Below are positions 50,586 through 52,161 of a DNA stretch of 52,161 bases, piece after piece. Both the position numbers and the translations under genes were made by a program. Origin of the DNA: an uncultured Pelagibacteraceae bacterium (GTDB taxonomy: Bacteria > Pseudomonadota > Alphaproteobacteria > Pelagibacterales > Pelagibacteraceae). Numbering within the stretch: the stretch's first letter is position 1; every line of letters begins with the position of its first letter. Under the pieces are notes generated by a model. That model made no database searches. It saw only the letters and a program-made list of their open reading frames with translations, and was not told the DNA's origin. The stretch is taken from NCBI GenBank assembly GCA_902510495.1, contig CABXBX010000001.1:1-52161 (forward strand), given 5' to 3'.

Positions 50586-50777
50586 ATGGCAAAAAAAACA
50601 CACGTTAAAGTTAGACTTGTACCTGAGGCTAAACCTGACAGTCCCTTTTTTTATTATGTAAAAAAACCTGCAGGCGGAGAAAAAGCTAAAGTAAAATTAA
50701 AAGCAAAAAAATATAATCCTGCTACTAGAAAACATGAAGTTTTTGTTGAAAAAAAACTTCCTCCTCACAGTAAATAA
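50586..50777 (+). CDS. rpmG: 50S ribosomal protein L33 (Cys-free form)
   Basis: MAKK....VRLV, FYY..K, KL..KKYNP..RKH..F.EKK. Confidence 0.9.
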   Translation: MAKKTHVKVRLVPEAKPDSPFFYYVKKPAGGEKAKVKLKAKKYNPATRKHEVFVEKKLPPHSK

Positions 50778-51068
50778 TTATTTCTTTTTAAAATTTCTTT
50801 TTTCGTAATCTATATATGACCAAATCATATTTTTCCAAATACGATGGGTTATCTTAGGGTCAATTTTAAGTTTCTTTGATTTACCGTTTATTTTTCTTAA
50901 AATAAAATTAATTCTTCTTTGATCAATTATTTCTTTTTTAAATTCTTTTAATTTTAAAACTTCTTTTACTAGACTAGTTCTATATTTAATTAAAGATAAT
51001 AGGCTATTATCTAGTTTATCTAATTTAGATCTTATTATTTCTAGTTTTTTTTTGTTTTTGGGCGACAT
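50778..51068 (-). CDS. Stand-alone AroQ-class chorismate mutase (or related isochorismate-pyruvate lyase)
   Basis: L..IR..LD.LD..L..LI..R..LV......K, D..R; all-helical, 96 aa. Confidence 0.82.
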   Translation of the reverse strand: MSPKNKKKLEIIRSKLDKLDNSLLSLIKYRTSLVKEVLKLKEFKKEIIDQRRINFILRKINGKSKKLKIDPKITHRIWKNMIWSYIDYEKRNFKKK

Positions 51069-51111
51069 TTAATTTATTGGATTAATTAATAATTATTATA
51101 TTTATCTATTT

Positions 51112-52137
51112 ATGTACAGTGAGAATAATCATTTAAATAATCAATTAAAAATATGGATGATTGTCTTATTATCAATGATTATATTAATTATTCTCGTTGG
51201 TGGACTAACAAGATTAACTGACTCTGGTTTATCTATTACAACTTGGGAATTATTTATAGGCTCATTACCTCCGTTAACAATTGAAAAATGGTCAGAATAC
51301 TTTACTCTTTATAAATCTATACCAGAATTTAAAGAACAAAACTACAATATGACTTTAAGTGAATTCAAAGTTATTTTTTGGTGGGAATGGGCTCACCGTC
51401 AATTAGGTAGATTGATTGGCTTAACTGTTTTAATACCGATGATTTATTTTACTTTCAAGAATGGATTTTGGGTCTTAAAAAAATATGGAATAATTTTTTT
51501 TCTTGTATGCTTACAAGGATTTATTGGTTGGTATATGGTTTCAAGTGGATTAATTGATAGGGTAGATGTTAGTCACTATAGGTTATCTATACATTTATTT
51601 ACAGCTTTTATAATATTATCTATAGTTTTTTGGAAATTTCTTCAATTAACTAATCTTAGAGAAAATCAAACTACAATTAGATTATATTTAATTAAATTTT
51701 TTATTTTATTAATTTTTTTTCAATTAATAATAGGAGCATTTGTATCAGGTATGGATGCTGGAAAAATATACAACTCTTGGCCTATGATGGGGTCTAGTTT
51801 TTTTCCTGATGATAGTAGCTATAGTGAATTTCTAAGTTTAAAAGTTTTTAACAATCCATCCATCGTTCAATTTTTACATAGATTTTTAGCTTATTTAATC
51901 GTTATAGTTTATATATATTTATTAATACTTGCCTTTAAGGAAAAAAATAAAGTCTTATTAAAGCCAGTTTTGATTATTGGAATATTTTTGTTATTTCAGG
52001 TTGGATTGGGAATACTAACAATTTTATCTGGTGTAAAAATTGTTTATGCTTCTTTACACCAGATAAATTCTATCTTCATAATACTTACAACTTTATACTT
52101 TCTCTATATTTCAAAATACAAAGAAGTAACTAACTAA
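51112..52137 (+). CDS. ctaA: Heme A synthase (COX15/CtaA)
   Basis: VGGLTRLTDSGLSI..W, WWEWAHRQLGR, GWYMV.SGL, RL..HL, DAG..YN.WP.M, QFLHR, ASLHQ. Confidence 0.97.
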   Translation: MYSENNHLNNQLKIWMIVLLSMIILIILVGGLTRLTDSGLSITTWELFIGSLPPLTIEKWSEYFTLYKSIPEFKEQNYNMTLSEFKVIFWWEWAHRQLGRLIGLTVLIPMIYFTFKNGFWVLKKYGIIFFLVCLQGFIGWYMVSSGLIDRVDVSHYRLSIHLFTAFIILSIVFWKFLQLTNLRENQTTIRLYLIKFFILLIFFQLIIGAFVSGMDAGKIYNSWPMMGSSFFPDDSSYSEFLSLKVFNNPSIVQFLHRFLAYLIVIVYIYLLILAFKEKNKVLLKPVLIIGIFLLFQVGLGILTILSGVKIVYASLHQINSIFIILTTLYFLYISKYKEVTN

Positions 52138-52161
52138 CAGCCTTAAGTGTGCCTTTTGATG

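Noticed and set aside
1-52161. CRISPR array, IS element, prophage or defence system
   Set aside because: No repeat-spacer periodicity, no transposase, integrase or phage-like ORF, and no intergenic gap above about 90 bp apart from the tRNA locus.
52130-52161. Possible 3' end of a convergent gene at the right edge (minus frame ...SKGTLKAVS*)
   Set aside because: Too short to identify.

Overview
A very AT-rich, extremely gene-dense core-genome segment of an alphaproteobacterium. Gene content, gene order, minimal intergenic spacers and composition point to SAR11 / Candidatus Pelagibacter (inferred, no database search run). It runs from the end of the ribosomal alpha operon (rpsK-rpoA-rplQ) through lipB, mgtE, panC, galU-ugd, topA-plsY-pyrC'-pyrB-ruvX, gatCAB plus an O-methyltransferase/trhO pair, and a soxBDAG cluster with an ATPase-less binding-protein/permease pair. 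It continues with tRNA-Ser(GCT), slt, dapA-smpB-folK-rel-pyrE-pdxJ-acpS-lepB-rnc-recO, hemB, an uncharacterised 2OG-Fe(II) hydroxylase heading rpiB-glyA-nrdR-rib-nusB-thiL, hppA, bamE/cbp3, rpmF-plsX-ihfA-merR-rpmG, chorismate mutase and ctaA. I see no mobile element, prophage, CRISPR array or defence island. The most interesting signals are: (1) an O-methyltransferase translationally coupled to trhO, a candidate ho5U-to-mo5U tRNA wobble pathway; (2) an ABC permease with a lipoprotein signal peptide and no ATPase behind the sox genes; (3) plsX split by a -1 frameshift at an A8 run followed by TAG; (4) divergent bamE/cbp3 genes whose start codons overlap in one CATG, with mirror-image TATAAT boxes; (5) repeated -10-box/6-9 nt/ATG arrangements suggesting leaderless mRNAs; (6) several pseudo-enzyme or Zn-site losses; and (7) clean absence of normally syntenic genes (rpoZ, era, fabH, dprA).
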